The notes under the pieces were generated by a model, which was not told where the DNA came from, searched no databases, and saw only the letters and a program-made list of their open reading frames with translations. The position numbers and the translations under genes were made by a program. From Dehalococcoidia bacterium (GTDB taxonomy: Bacteria; Chloroflexota; Dehalococcoidia; Lucifugimonadales; UBA3495), in the NCBI GenBank assembly GCA_021295965.1, contig JAGWBI010000012.1, forward strand, positions 1 to 58,591: a DNA stretch of 58,591 bases. The letters run 5' to 3'. Below are positions 1-8,980 of the stretch, in pieces (within the stretch, counting starts at the first letter, position 1; the number at the start of each line of letters is the position of its first letter).

Positions 1-1088
1 CCCGCGTCGCCGAGCTGCTGGTCAACGCGCGCCGGCCGGTGATTTACGCCGGGCAGGGCGTTCTTTACGCTGAAGCCACGCCCGAGCTGGTAGAGCTGGC
101 CGAGTTGCTCAACGCGCCGACCATGACCACCACGCTGGGCAAGAGCGGATTCCCCGAGAATCATTCGCTGGCCCTGGGCGCCGGGGGCAACACCGGCACC
201 CGCATGGTGGGCGACTTCCTGGCCAACAGCGATGTGGTGTTCGGCATCGGCACCAGCTTCCAGAAGACCCTGGCCGCCGCTCCTGTGCCGACCGGTAAGA
301 CCGTCATCCAGTCCACCATCGACGAGAAGGACCTCAACGGGGAGTACCCGCTGGAGGAGATCATCGTCGGCGACGCCAAGCTGGTTCTGGGCCAGCTGAT
401 TGAGGAAGTGAAGGATCGCCTGGGGCCGGAAGGCCGGCGCGGTGATCAGTCCGTTGTCGAGGAGATCCGACGTGTGCGCCAGGAGTGGCTGGCGGAGTGG
501 ATGCCCCGGCTGTCCAGCAACGATGCGCCCATCAGCCCCTACCGCGTGGTGTACGAACTCAACGCACGGTTGGACAAGGCCAACAGCGTCGTCACTCACG
601 ACTCCGGCAACCCCCGCGACCAGATCGTACCCTTCTATGCGGCGACCACGCCCCGGGGCTACATCGGCTGGGGCAACTCCACACAGCTGGGCAGCGGGTT
701 GGGCTATGCTATGGGCGCCAAGATAGCATTCCCGGAGAAGACGTGCGTCAACCTGATGGGCGACGTGGCGGTGGGCATGGCCGGCACCGATTTCGAGACC
801 GCCGCCCGCGAAAACCTGGGCATCATTACCGTCATCGTCAACAACGGCGCCATGGGCGGCTACGAAAAGAATATCCCCATCGCCACGGAGCGCTACGGCA
901 CCAAGTACGTGACCGGCGAGTATGCCCGCATGGCCGAAGCCCTGGGCGCCTACGCGGAGCACGTAACCGACCCAGCCGAAGTCGGCCCCGCCATCGAGCG
1001 GGCCAAGGAAATCTCCGCCACCGGCCAGCCCTGCGTCCTGGAAATCATCACGCGGGAGGAACCGGTGTTCTCGCAGTATTATCGCTGA
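1..1088 (+). CDS. Thiamine-pyrophosphate-dependent enzyme, acetolactate synthase-like (5' truncated by window edge)
   Basis: Frame is open from the window edge (RVAELLVNARRPVIYAGQG). Central domain motif GKSGFPENHSLALG. TPP motif variant GDVAVG...VNNG. Confidence 0.85.
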   Translation, partial: RVAELLVNARRPVIYAGQGVLYAEATPELVELAELLNAPTMTTTLGKSGFPENHSLALGAGGNTGTRMVGDFLANSDVVFGIGTSFQKTLAAAPVPTGKTVIQSTIDEKDLNGEYPLEEIIVGDAKLVLGQLIEEVKDRLGPEGRRGDQSVVEEIRRVRQEWLAEWMPRLSSNDAPISPYRVVYELNARLDKANSVVTHDSGNPRDQIVPFYAATTPRGYIGWGNSTQLGSGLGYAMGAKIAFPEKTCVNLMGDVAVGMAGTDFETAARENLGIITVIVNNGAMGGYEKNIPIATERYGTKYVTGEYARMAEALGAYAEHVTDPAEVGPAIERAKEISATGQPCVLEIITREEPVFSQYYR

Positions 1089-1131
1089 TCGTCGCATCGC
1101 CCATGCTATGCTGTAATTGCGAGGCTGTGCT

Positions 1132-1407
1132 ATGAGAACCATCACAATTTCAGTGGACGACGAGACCTATCGTCTCTACCAGAAAAGAGCGGACGCCGTG
1201 GGAACCTCGGTAGAAGAGTGGGTCAGCGCACGCTTGGCCCATTTACTGCCCAAGCCGATTTCTGACGCCGAAGCAGAGAGCCGGCGTCAGCAGATGTACG
1301 ATTTGCTGGCCCGCATTGACGCCCGGCGGGAGGCTGAAGGTATGGAATTTCGGCCGGGCAACAAACTGACGCGCGACGAGTTGCACGACCGCAATGCGCT
1401 TCGTTGA
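1132..1407 (+). CDS. Putative antitoxin (RHH/CopG-like, VapB-type)
   Basis: MRTITISVDDETY N-terminus and LTRDELHDR C-terminus. GAGG precedes the ATG. Overlaps the downstream PIN gene. Confidence 0.75.
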   Translation: MRTITISVDDETYRLYQKRADAVGTSVEEWVSARLAHLLPKPISDAEAESRRQQMYDLLARIDARREAEGMEFRPGNKLTRDELHDRNALR

Positions 1408-1822
1408 TACCAATATCCCACTGTACGCGGTAAGCACTTCAGCTGAAGATGCCGACAAGCACTTGATAGCCGTTGATCTGCTGGCGGGGAACGACTTGGC
1501 GCTTTCAGCTCAGGTCATGCAGGAGTTCTATGTGCAAGCAACACGCGCCAATGGGTCGTTGCAACTGACGCACGAGGAAACAACCCAATTTATCAACACG
1601 GTACTGTTGCGTTTTCCGGTGCAGGACATTACGCCTGGCTTGGTGCTGGATGCTTTCTCCCTTCGCACGCGTTTCGGTTTGAATTACTGGGACTGCGCGA
1701 TACTGGCGGCGGCTCGTTGGCTCGGGTGCGATGCTGTTTATTCTGAAGATATGAGCGACACGCAGGACTACGACGGCCTCCGTGTCATAAATCCCTTTGC
1801 CCATCTCGCCCAGCTAGCCTAG
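1394..1822 (+). CDS. vapC: PIN-domain toxin (VapC family)
   Basis: FVDTNI, QVMQEF, YWDCAILAAA, YSED and VINPF motifs. Confidence 0.9.
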   Translation: MRFVDTNIPLYAVSTSAEDADKHLIAVDLLAGNDLALSAQVMQEFYVQATRANGSLQLTHEETTQFINTVLLRFPVQDITPGLVLDAFSLRTRFGLNYWDCAILAAARWLGCDAVYSEDMSDTQDYDGLRVINPFAHLAQLA

Positions 1823-1834
1823 TCAACAACATCC

Positions 1835-3415
1835 GTGCCAAATCCCCCTATCATCGTCATCGGCGGCGGTCCCGCCGGCTCGTGCGTCAGCACGCTGCTC
1901 GCCCGTCGCGGCTATCCCGTCGTCCTGCTGGAGCGGGAGCGGTTTCCCCGCGCCCATGTGGGCGAATCGCTGCTGCCGGCCAGCATTCCCATCCTGGAGG
2001 ACCTGGGAGCGCTGGACGCCGTGCAGCGGGCCGGCTTCGTCGTCAAGCGCGGCGCCACCATGGTGTGGGGCGCCGATCGGGAGCCGTGGAGCTGGTATTT
2101 CAGCGAGACCAACGCCAGTAATCCCCATTCCTACCAGGTGTGGCGGGCCGAGTTCGACGCCATACTGCTGGACAACGCCCGCCGCGCCGGCGTGGACGTG
2201 CGCGAAGGATGCGCGGCTACCGGCGTGACATTCGACGATAGCGGAACCGCCGTTGCCGTCCAGTGTGGCTTCGCCAAACTACCGGCCCGGTTCGTTGTGG
2301 ACGCCAGCGGACAGGGCGGGCTGTTGGCCCGGCAGTTGGGTTTGCGCCAGTGGGACGACTTCTTCCGCAACCTGGCCGTGTTCGCCTACTACAAGGGCGG
2401 GGAGCGTCTGCCCAACCGCGACGAGGGCAATATTCTCATCGAGTCCCAACCCAACGGCTGGCTGTGGAACATCCCATTACGGGACGGCTGGTCCAGCGTA
2501 GGCGCGGTGGTGGACGCCGAAACCGGACAGCAGGGCATTCGCCAAATTGGCCCACAGCGCTTCCTGGAAGCGCAGATCGCAGCTGCACCGCGCACTGCCG
2601 GAATGTTGGAAACCGCTCACCTGGCGTCCGGGCCCGAGGTGGTGCGAGACTGGTCGTATCGCTGCAAGTTCCTGTACGGGCCCGGCTATATTCTGGCGGG
2701 CGACGCCGGATGTTTCATCGACCCGCTCTTTTCCTCGGGCGTCCATCTTGCCCTCACTTCGGCGACGCTGGCCGCCGCCGCCGTGGCGTCCTCGCTGGCT
2801 GATCCCGACATGGCCGGCCCGGTGGGACAGGTGTACCAGCAGCTGTATTACAAGGAGTACGGGCATTTCCGCGAGTTGGCCCGGCTCTTCTACTCCAGCA
2901 ATCGCACTGCCGATTCCTACTTCTGGGAGGCCCGCCGCCTGCTGGACAACGACCCGTCGCTGACACCGCGCCAGTCCTTCATCCAGGCGGTGGCCGGCCA
3001 GCCGCCTCGGGGCTACGAGCGGGCCGTCCTGTCCCACGGCCTGGCGCCGGTGGCGTTCGGCCACAGCGTGGCCGCCGTGGAGGCGGAGCGTCAGTACCGC
3101 CAGTCTGAGGGACTGCCAACCGACGCCTGCATCCGCCTCGCTGACGGTGTGCTGTTACAACGTCAGCCGGTGCTGGCCGACGGGGAATTCGTCTGGGGAT
3201 ACGGACTGGTGACCGACGGACACCCTGAGGGGTTGCCGTGCAGTGGCCTGGTGGCCCGATTGCTGCACGGTTTGGGCGCCGGCCAAGTCGTCGTCGCCGC
3301 CATCGACGCGCTATGTGACGGCCTGGAACCGGCCGCGCGTCGGCAGGTGGAACAGGTCGCGACCCAGGCGTTGCAGATACTGTACGTCGACGGCGCTCTC
3401 GACCTGGCGAATTAG
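1835..3415 (+). CDS. Flavin-dependent halogenase-like FAD oxidoreductase with C-terminal extension
   Basis: GGGPAG, FPRAHVGES, putative catalytic Lys in GFVVKRG, WxWxIP (GWLWNIP), GDAGCFIDPLFSSGV. Confidence 0.85.
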   Translation: MPNPPIIVIGGGPAGSCVSTLLARRGYPVVLLERERFPRAHVGESLLPASIPILEDLGALDAVQRAGFVVKRGATMVWGADREPWSWYFSETNASNPHSYQVWRAEFDAILLDNARRAGVDVREGCAATGVTFDDSGTAVAVQCGFAKLPARFVVDASGQGGLLARQLGLRQWDDFFRNLAVFAYYKGGERLPNRDEGNILIESQPNGWLWNIPLRDGWSSVGAVVDAETGQQGIRQIGPQRFLEAQIAAAPRTAGMLETAHLASGPEVVRDWSYRCKFLYGPGYILAGDAGCFIDPLFSSGVHLALTSATLAAAAVASSLADPDMAGPVGQVYQQLYYKEYGHFRELARLFYSSNRTADSYFWEARRLLDNDPSLTPRQSFIQAVAGQPPRGYERAVLSHGLAPVAFGHSVAAVEAERQYRQSEGLPTDACIRLADGVLLQRQPVLADGEFVWGYGLVTDGHPEGLPCSGLVARLLHGLGAGQVVVAAIDALCDGLEPAARRQVEQVATQALQILYVDGALDLAN

Positions 3416-3427
3416 CGGCTGGATTCG

Positions 3428-4009
3428 TCAGGGCTTCACCCAAGTCTCCGACCAGGCAATGCACGCCGTGCTGCTCTGGGCCGGCCCTCGCGCTTCCAGG
3501 GACACCACGCCGCTGAGCGCCCGGTCTCCCACCGTGATCTGCGCGCTGCGGGCCGGGAAGAAGCAGCTGTACACGCCGTGGGTGCGGCCGGATTCGGGGC
3601 CGGCGGGATTGTTGAGCACGAAGGGCGTCAGGAAGTCGTGCCAACTTAGGACCACCGTCTCGGTGGATGCGGCGACGATCTCGTTGTAGGCGCTTTCAAT
3701 ACCGCCGGACCTGCTGAACTCCGCGGGGATCACCGGAAGGTTGGGATCGGCGAACTCCGGGAATAGCATACTTTCGATTTCGTCCTGCAGGTAGCGCGTC
3801 ATGGCGATATTGTCGGAATAGACGCGCACCGGGTCACGCTCGAGATCCGTGCTCTTGAGGAACAGAACGTGACCCGCGCCTCCCGGCGACCAGAGGATGC
3901 GCCAATGGCTGGTGCGGGTGGTCTGCTCGCCGCCGGCCTCCTGGGCCAGCCGGATGAACGAGTTTTCGCCGGTTAAACAAACCTGGTTGGGATCAACAGG
4001 GGTAGTCAT
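3428..4009 (-). CDS. Hypothetical protein (beta-rich)
   Basis: 193-aa ORF with host-like codon use and GGAG upstream. No family recognised. Confidence 0.7.
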   Translation of the reverse strand: MTTPVDPNQVCLTGENSFIRLAQEAGGEQTTRTSHWRILWSPGGAGHVLFLKSTDLERDPVRVYSDNIAMTRYLQDEIESMLFPEFADPNLPVIPAEFSRSGGIESAYNEIVAASTETVVLSWHDFLTPFVLNNPAGPESGRTHGVYSCFFPARSAQITVGDRALSGVVSLEARGPAQSSTACIAWSETWVKP

Positions 4010-4036
4010 AAATCACATCTCCGTCGGTTCAGGGCC

Positions 4037-4417
4037 TCAAGGTCGGTACGGTACGTCGTACTGCGCGATTCGCCAGTCATCGGTGATCAGAATGAGGTCT
4101 TCAATCTGCGCCTGCGCCACGAGCATCCGGTCAAAGGGGTCGCGGTGCAGCAACGGCAAGCGGCCGGCGGTTTTGGCGTGAGCAGCGTTGATTTCCAGCA
4201 ATCTGAATCGAGAGTCATCCACGACCTGCTCCGGTTCTTGATCCAGCGGCTGCAGCTTGCCCAAGCCCTGTTTGATTGCCATCTCCCAAATACTCGCGAC
4301 GTTGATGAATACCCGGTTAGTGGGATCTCTCAGGATACGATAAGTATCTTCCTTCAAGGTACGGGCGGACGTCGCATACCAAAGGAATACGTGCGTGTCG
4401 GGCAAGTAGTCCGACAT
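4037..4417 (-). CDS. vapC: PIN-domain toxin (VapC family)
   Basis: DTHVFLW, SIWEMAIK, HRDPFDRMLVAQA, LITDD. Confidence 0.92.
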   Translation of the reverse strand: MSDYLPDTHVFLWYATSARTLKEDTYRILRDPTNRVFINVASIWEMAIKQGLGKLQPLDQEPEQVVDDSRFRLLEINAAHAKTAGRLPLLHRDPFDRMLVAQAQIEDLILITDDWRIAQYDVPYRP

Positions 4418-4419
4418 GG

Positions 4420-4647
4420 CTATTTGTAAAAATCCTCAATGATGTCTTCTGGCGTGTCGCAGAAATCTTCAGGAACCACGAATTTCCCTTTCAACACGCC
4501 CGGACGTGGCGTCGGCCGGTACGCGTCGTGAGGGACTAACTTGACCCAAGGTTGGCCGTCCCTGAATATGACCACCTCGCGCTGGAACCAAGACTGCTGG
4601 GCCAGTTCGGCCATTTCTTCCGGCAGTTCGCTGACGTCAATCCGCAT
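4420..4647 (-). CDS. Antitoxin (Phd/YefM-like)
   Basis: EVVIFRDGQPWVKLVP and PGVLKGKFVVPEDF motifs. Lies 2 bp upstream of the PIN toxin. Confidence 0.8.
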   Translation of the reverse strand: MRIDVSELPEEMAELAQQSWFQREVVIFRDGQPWVKLVPHDAYRPTPRPGVLKGKFVVPEDFCDTPEDIIEDFYK

Positions 4648-4695
4648 TTTGATTCCCTCTCGTCGCCGTCGTTTCGTGGCGTCGTTCCGTAACCA

Positions 4696-5472
4696 TTATA
4701 GCCCGTCGGCCGCTGCCCGCATCGTCTTCAGGTACTCGTTGCTCGCCCCCTGTATCAGCCGGCCGACGGTGTTGTGGAAGTAGCGCACTCCGAGTTCGAG
4801 GTAATGGGGTACCAGGTTGTCCGGGCAGCTGCAACCGGCGATAACGCCGGCGGCCGCGATTTGCTGCACGCCCTTCTCCACCAGCGCCTGGACCTCCGGG
4901 TGGGTCTGCTGACCGGGGTAGCCCATGCTCTGGGACAAGTCGCCGGAGCCGATGAAGTACACGTCCACGCCGGGCACCTTGACCAGTTCGGGAATGTTCT
5001 CGATGGCCTCCACCTCCTCCAGCATCAGGCACACCAGGGTGTTGCGGTTGGCCTCGGCCACGTACTCCGGGGTGGAGCCGCTGAAGCCGTACTCGGCCGG
5101 CCGGCCGCCGCTGAACAGGCCACGCTCACCCTCCGGGAAATACTTGACCGCCGACACCGCCGCCCGCGCCTCCTCAGCTGTGTTCACATGGGGCACCTGG
5201 ACGCCCCAGGCTCCCCGGTCCAGGAAGGGTGAGATGATCTCAGGGCGGTTCCCCACCGGACGCACGATGGGAGCGGTTCCCGAGTATTCGGCGGCCCGGA
5301 TCATGTCCTCGGCCAGATCAATGGTGATGCTGCCGTGCTCGTTGTCGATCAACACCCAGTCGTAGCCGAGATACCCCAGCATTTCCACCACCTGCGGCGA
5401 GGGAAAGGTGATCATTGAGCCGAATACCGGCTGACCCGCCTCCAGCTTTTGCTTCATCGTGTTTTCGCGCAT
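4696..5472 (-). CDS. HpcH/HpaI aldolase family protein
   Basis: GYDWVLIDNEHG, VPHVNTAEEA, LMLEEVEA, IGSGDLS. Start reassigned to ATG 5472 after AGGAG. Confidence 0.9.
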   Translation of the reverse strand: MRENTMKQKLEAGQPVFGSMITFPSPQVVEMLGYLGYDWVLIDNEHGSITIDLAEDMIRAAEYSGTAPIVRPVGNRPEIISPFLDRGAWGVQVPHVNTAEEARAAVSAVKYFPEGERGLFSGGRPAEYGFSGSTPEYVAEANRNTLVCLMLEEVEAIENIPELVKVPGVDVYFIGSGDLSQSMGYPGQQTHPEVQALVEKGVQQIAAAGVIAGCSCPDNLVPHYLELGVRYFHNTVGRLIQGASNEYLKTMRAAADGL

Positions 5473-5518
5473 CGTGCCGTGCTCCTGTCCAGTGAATTTC
5501 ACAGATCCATCTGACGGA

Positions 5519-5547
5519 ATGCTATGCTCGGTGGTGCCTATCGTCAA
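5519..5547 (-). promoter_or_regulatory. Sigma70-type promoter of the aldolase gene
   Basis: TTGACG-N17-TAGCAT on the minus strand. Confidence 0.55.
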
Positions 5548-5644
5548 CACCGGGTTTGAACCAATGGCGCGTTGGGCGCAGACGGGTGGGTTCCGCCGGC
5601 GGTGCAGGACCCGGACCATGAACTCCGGCCACTTACTTTACCCT

Positions 5645-5682
5645 GTAACAAAAGCGTAACGGGTTCGTAATCACTCGTTAAT
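5645..5682 (+). promoter_or_regulatory. Tandem OmpR/GlnR-type direct-repeat operator
   Basis: GTAAC (5645), GTAAC (5656), GTAAT (5667) and TTAAT (5678) at exact 11-bp period, upstream of the wHTH regulator. Confidence 0.6.
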
Positions 5683-5751
5683 CCGCCGGCCGCAAAATGA
5701 CGCCAGCGGCGGCAATCACCACTCCCACGTCGCCAGCGTTCGGGTATCGCC

Positions 5752-6444
5752 ATGACTTTGCACCCCAGGTTTCAATCAGCCACCCGCCCGACGGCCCGCG
5801 TTCTGCTGCTGGGTTGTGGTTGGGATACGTTGCAGAGCGCATTGAACGTTGCCGCCGACACCGGGGCCATCGAGTTGATGGGGCCGGAGCCGGCATACGA
5901 CGCCGAAACCGACTACGGTCCCGATTCGCCGGCGGTGCTCCTCCTGTCTCCCGACGCCGACGGAGCCGTTTTCAGCCGGGACGATGCCGCTCCCATGGTG
6001 CTGCGGTGCATCGCCGACAATGAACTGGCCGCCCCGGATATATACGAGGACTCCGATGACTTTGTAACCGTGCCCTGCCCTCCGGCGGAACTCATCAAGC
6101 GCATCCTGCGCCTGGCCCGGCGCTTCGAGCGTTCGGCGGCGTCGGCAGAGTCAATAAGTGTGGGCGGCATTACCCTGAACCCGGCCACCTATCAGGTCAC
6201 GGCCAACGGCCGGCCCGTGGACCTGGCCTGGCTGGAGTTCCAGCTGCTGTCGTTCCTGATGGAAAACGTGGGCAAGGTTTTCACCAGAGATCAACTCCTC
6301 GCCAACGTCTGGGGCGTGGAGAATATCGGCGGTACCCGCACGGTGGACGTCCACATCCGCCGCCTGCGCTACAAGCTGGAAATCGGCGGCGATACCTACT
6401 TCCGCACCGTCAAAAACGTGGGCTACGGCATGGTGGAACCATGA
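5752..6444 (+). CDS. Orphan OmpR/PhoB-family winged-helix regulator with degenerate receiver (GlnR-like)
   Basis: EFQLLSFLMENVGKVFTRDQLL...WG...GGTRTVDVHIRRLRYKL...TVKNVGY. Receiver lacks the phospho-Asp and Lys. Confidence 0.85.
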   Translation: MTLHPRFQSATRPTARVLLLGCGWDTLQSALNVAADTGAIELMGPEPAYDAETDYGPDSPAVLLLSPDADGAVFSRDDAAPMVLRCIADNELAAPDIYEDSDDFVTVPCPPAELIKRILRLARRFERSAASAESISVGGITLNPATYQVTANGRPVDLAWLEFQLLSFLMENVGKVFTRDQLLANVWGVENIGGTRTVDVHIRRLRYKLEIGGDTYFRTVKNVGYGMVEP

Positions 6445-6471
6445 GCAGACGGTCGCGAAAGAGACAAAAGT

Positions 6472-6498
6472 GTAGGGGCGAATGGTTATTCGCCCCTA
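6472..6498. repeat. GTAG-type REP-like palindrome
   Basis: GTAGGGGCGAAT-GGTT-ATTCGCCCCTA between convergent genes. Confidence 0.8.
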
Positions 6499-6505
6499 AC
6501 GCGCA

Positions 6506-6534
6506 CTGGATTCCAGTTTTAGCGGGAATGACGG
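6506..6534. repeat. CGTC-type REP-like element
   Basis: Minus strand reads CCGTCATTCCCGCTAAAACTGGAATCCAG. Confidence 0.5.
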
Positions 6535-6543
6535 GGTTTTCGC

Positions 6544-7773
6544 TTACCACTCGGCCGGCAAACTCACCACGCCGCGGATGTTGAGCAGGTTGTGGTACTC
6601 CAGCTGGTCCGGGTCGGAGGCGAACCGGAAGGGCGGGAACTTGCGGGTGAGGGCGCGGAAGGCTTCCTGGCCCTCCAGCCGGGCCAGGTTGGCGCCGAGG
6701 CAGTGGTGGATGCCGCCGCCGAATGCCACATGGGGGTTCGGATAGCGGGTGATGTCCAGGTCCTCCGGATTCTCGAAGGCCATGGGGTCCCGGTTGGCGG
6801 CGTTGATGATAACCATCACCTTCTCGCCCTCGCGGATTTTCTGGCCGGCCAGCTCAATGTCCTCCAAGGCGATGCGGGGAGCGCGCTTGACCGGAGAATC
6901 GTAGCGCAGCAGTTCTTCGGTGGCGCGCACCAGCAGGCTGTCGTCCTCCTTGAGCATGTTCCACTGCTCGGGATTCTTCATCAGCGCCATGGTGCCGTTG
7001 CCCACCAGGTTGATGGTGGTCTGGTGGCCGGCGATGAGCAGCAGTAGCGTGTTGCCCAGGACCTCTTCCCGGCTCAGCTCACCCTCGCGTTCGCCGATGG
7101 CCAGGACGGAAAGCAGGTCGTCTGACGGCTCACCCACGCGCTGTTCCACCAGGGGGTTCACGTAGTCGTTCAGCGTGGTGATGGCCTCATGCACCCGGGT
7201 GTGCCGATCGGGCGATTCCTGGTCCAGGGACAGGAGTTGCCGCGACAGCGTGCGGATGAACTCGCGGTCTTCCCCCGGCATCCCGAGCCAACTAGCGATG
7301 ACCAGCACCGGCATGGCGTTGGCGAAGTCCTTGAGGACGTCCATATCGTCGCTTTCGGGGTCAAAGTCCTTCAGCAGGTCCTGGATGATGTTCTGCACCA
7401 TCGCCCGGAAGCGGTTGTCGATGTACTTGGGGTTGAACACCGGGTGAACGGCGCGGCGCATCCGCAGGTGGTCGGGACGGTCCCGGCGGATGAACCAGTT
7501 GTTCATATAGTCCAGGTTGAACTTGTACTTGGGAAAGTCCTCTTCCGAAATCGGCGGGCTGGGCGGCTTATCGTCGCGCAGGAACACCTCGGAGGAAAAG
7601 TATTCGGGGTGCCGCAGCGCCCACACCACCGCCTGATAGGACGTTACCACCCAGGTGTCAAACTTGGCGTTCCAGTACACTGGGGCTTCTTCCCGCAGCA
7701 TCGCATAGTACGGATACGGGTTCCGCAGGTTCTCCGGCGACAGCAGTTCGTCGTGGATTCGATCCTTGAGCAT
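6544..7773 (-). CDS. Cytochrome P450
   Basis: I-helix AGHQTT, ExxR (EELLRY), heme motif FGGGIHHCLG. Confidence 0.96.
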   Translation of the reverse strand: MLKDRIHDELLSPENLRNPYPYYAMLREEAPVYWNAKFDTWVVTSYQAVVWALRHPEYFSSEVFLRDDKPPSPPISEEDFPKYKFNLDYMNNWFIRRDRPDHLRMRRAVHPVFNPKYIDNRFRAMVQNIIQDLLKDFDPESDDMDVLKDFANAMPVLVIASWLGMPGEDREFIRTLSRQLLSLDQESPDRHTRVHEAITTLNDYVNPLVEQRVGEPSDDLLSVLAIGEREGELSREEVLGNTLLLLIAGHQTTINLVGNGTMALMKNPEQWNMLKEDDSLLVRATEELLRYDSPVKRAPRIALEDIELAGQKIREGEKVMVIINAANRDPMAFENPEDLDITRYPNPHVAFGGGIHHCLGANLARLEGQEAFRALTRKFPPFRFASDPDQLEYHNLLNIRGVVSLPAEW

Positions 7774-7872
7774 CGTGGCAACCTCGCTAGCGGTTCAAAA
7801 AGTGTGCAGCGTAATGTTGCCGCAAGCCGCCGGGGTTGTCAACGCAGCAGGTGAACCTCATGCGCACCCACT

Positions 7873-7977
7873 CTGTCATTGCGAGCGAAGCGCGGCAATC
7901 TCGTGGCCGGAGGAGCCATCGTTGAAGCAACGAGATCGCCATCCGCCTGCGGCGGACTTCACTCCTCACGATGACAG
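7873..7977. repeat. TGTCATTGCGAG-type REP/MITE-like hairpin element
   Basis: CTGTCATTGCGAG...CTCACGATGACAG terminal inverted repeat. Related copies at 18171 and 44135. Confidence 0.7.
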
Positions 7978-8006
7978 AATGGACACCCTCGAAGGCCGGT
8001 CGGGAG

Positions 8007-8948
8007 CTACCGCAGAGAACCCGCCGGATACAGTTTCTCCCACGCCCACCGGTAGGCAATTATCGTGGGCAATTCCCGCCCATCGCCGTCCGTCCCGGTC
8101 GCCCGGATCGCGCCGGTTGTGTCGTCCCGCCAGAGCCTGACGGGAGTGTCATCGACCGTGGCATCGATTGCGCCACGCTCGATCACCGCAGGGTAGGGCC
8201 ACGCCGCCGCCTCATCGCCGATAACGATACCGACCACGTGCTGCTCGCCGGGCTGCCGGCCCCGGTAGTTCTGCGCCGGCGCGGCGGTGGTCAAAACGCG
8301 GGCGTCCGGATGCGCCACTCGCCATTGGCCCCACGTTGTCAGCTGGGATGGCATCAGTGCGAGCTCTACGCCGGCCAGCGCTCCGGCGATGGCCTGGCCG
8401 GTGGGCTGGGACCAGATGCTGCCGGTGCCGTGGTCGTACCAGGTCATCGCCCCCTTGTAGAGCGCGCCTTGGTTCCCGAGGACGAACGTGTCGTTGCCCA
8501 CGATCCGCCGGTGCGCCAGGGCGGTGTAGCACAACGGGCACCAGGTGATCAGTGTCGGAACGCCGCCAACGGTGTCGTTCACCATCTCCCGGTTGTACAG
8601 AATGCCCGCCGGGTAGGCCCTGGAATCCCCGTTGATGGTCAGGCCGATTACCAGTTCGTCGGCGGGCAGACCGGCCTCCGATGCGGGGACGAACCGGGGA
8701 TCGTAGATTGGAGCGATGGCGTCCGGGCGGCGCAACTGCTCATATTCAGCATCAACAAAGGTCGCCGCAACGGTTCCTTCAGGACCGATTATCTCGTCGG
8801 CGCCCACGAAATGATATGCGGCGGCCGGATCGGGTTGCGTCTGGGCGCGATTGACGCCAGGCGACGCGGTCGGTCTGCAGGCGGCCAATGTCACCGGCCC
8901 AAGCAAGACCGCCGCCAGGAAGAGGATTATGATTGTCCGCCCCATCAT
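8007..8948 (-). CDS. DUF3179-family lipoprotein
   Basis: Lipobox LAAC, DAIAPIYDP, SRAYP, TWCPLC, YDHGTGSIWSQ, TTWGQW..HPD. Confidence 0.85.
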   Translation of the reverse strand: MMGRTIIILFLAAVLLGPVTLAACRPTASPGVNRAQTQPDPAAAYHFVGADEIIGPEGTVAATFVDAEYEQLRRPDAIAPIYDPRFVPASEAGLPADELVIGLTINGDSRAYPAGILYNREMVNDTVGGVPTLITWCPLCYTALAHRRIVGNDTFVLGNQGALYKGAMTWYDHGTGSIWSQPTGQAIAGALAGVELALMPSQLTTWGQWRVAHPDARVLTTAAPAQNYRGRQPGEQHVVGIVIGDEAAAWPYPAVIERGAIDATVDDTPVRLWRDDTTGAIRATGTDGDGRELPTIIAYRWAWEKLYPAGSLR

Positions 8949-8980
8949 CCGATTGTAGCGGACGATACGGTTGGCAATGC

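Noticed and set aside
1835-7773. Halogenase, aldolase and P450 as a secondary-metabolite gene cluster
   Set aside because: Mixed orientations, interrupted by a TA pair and a regulator, with no scaffold synthase or precursor peptide visible.
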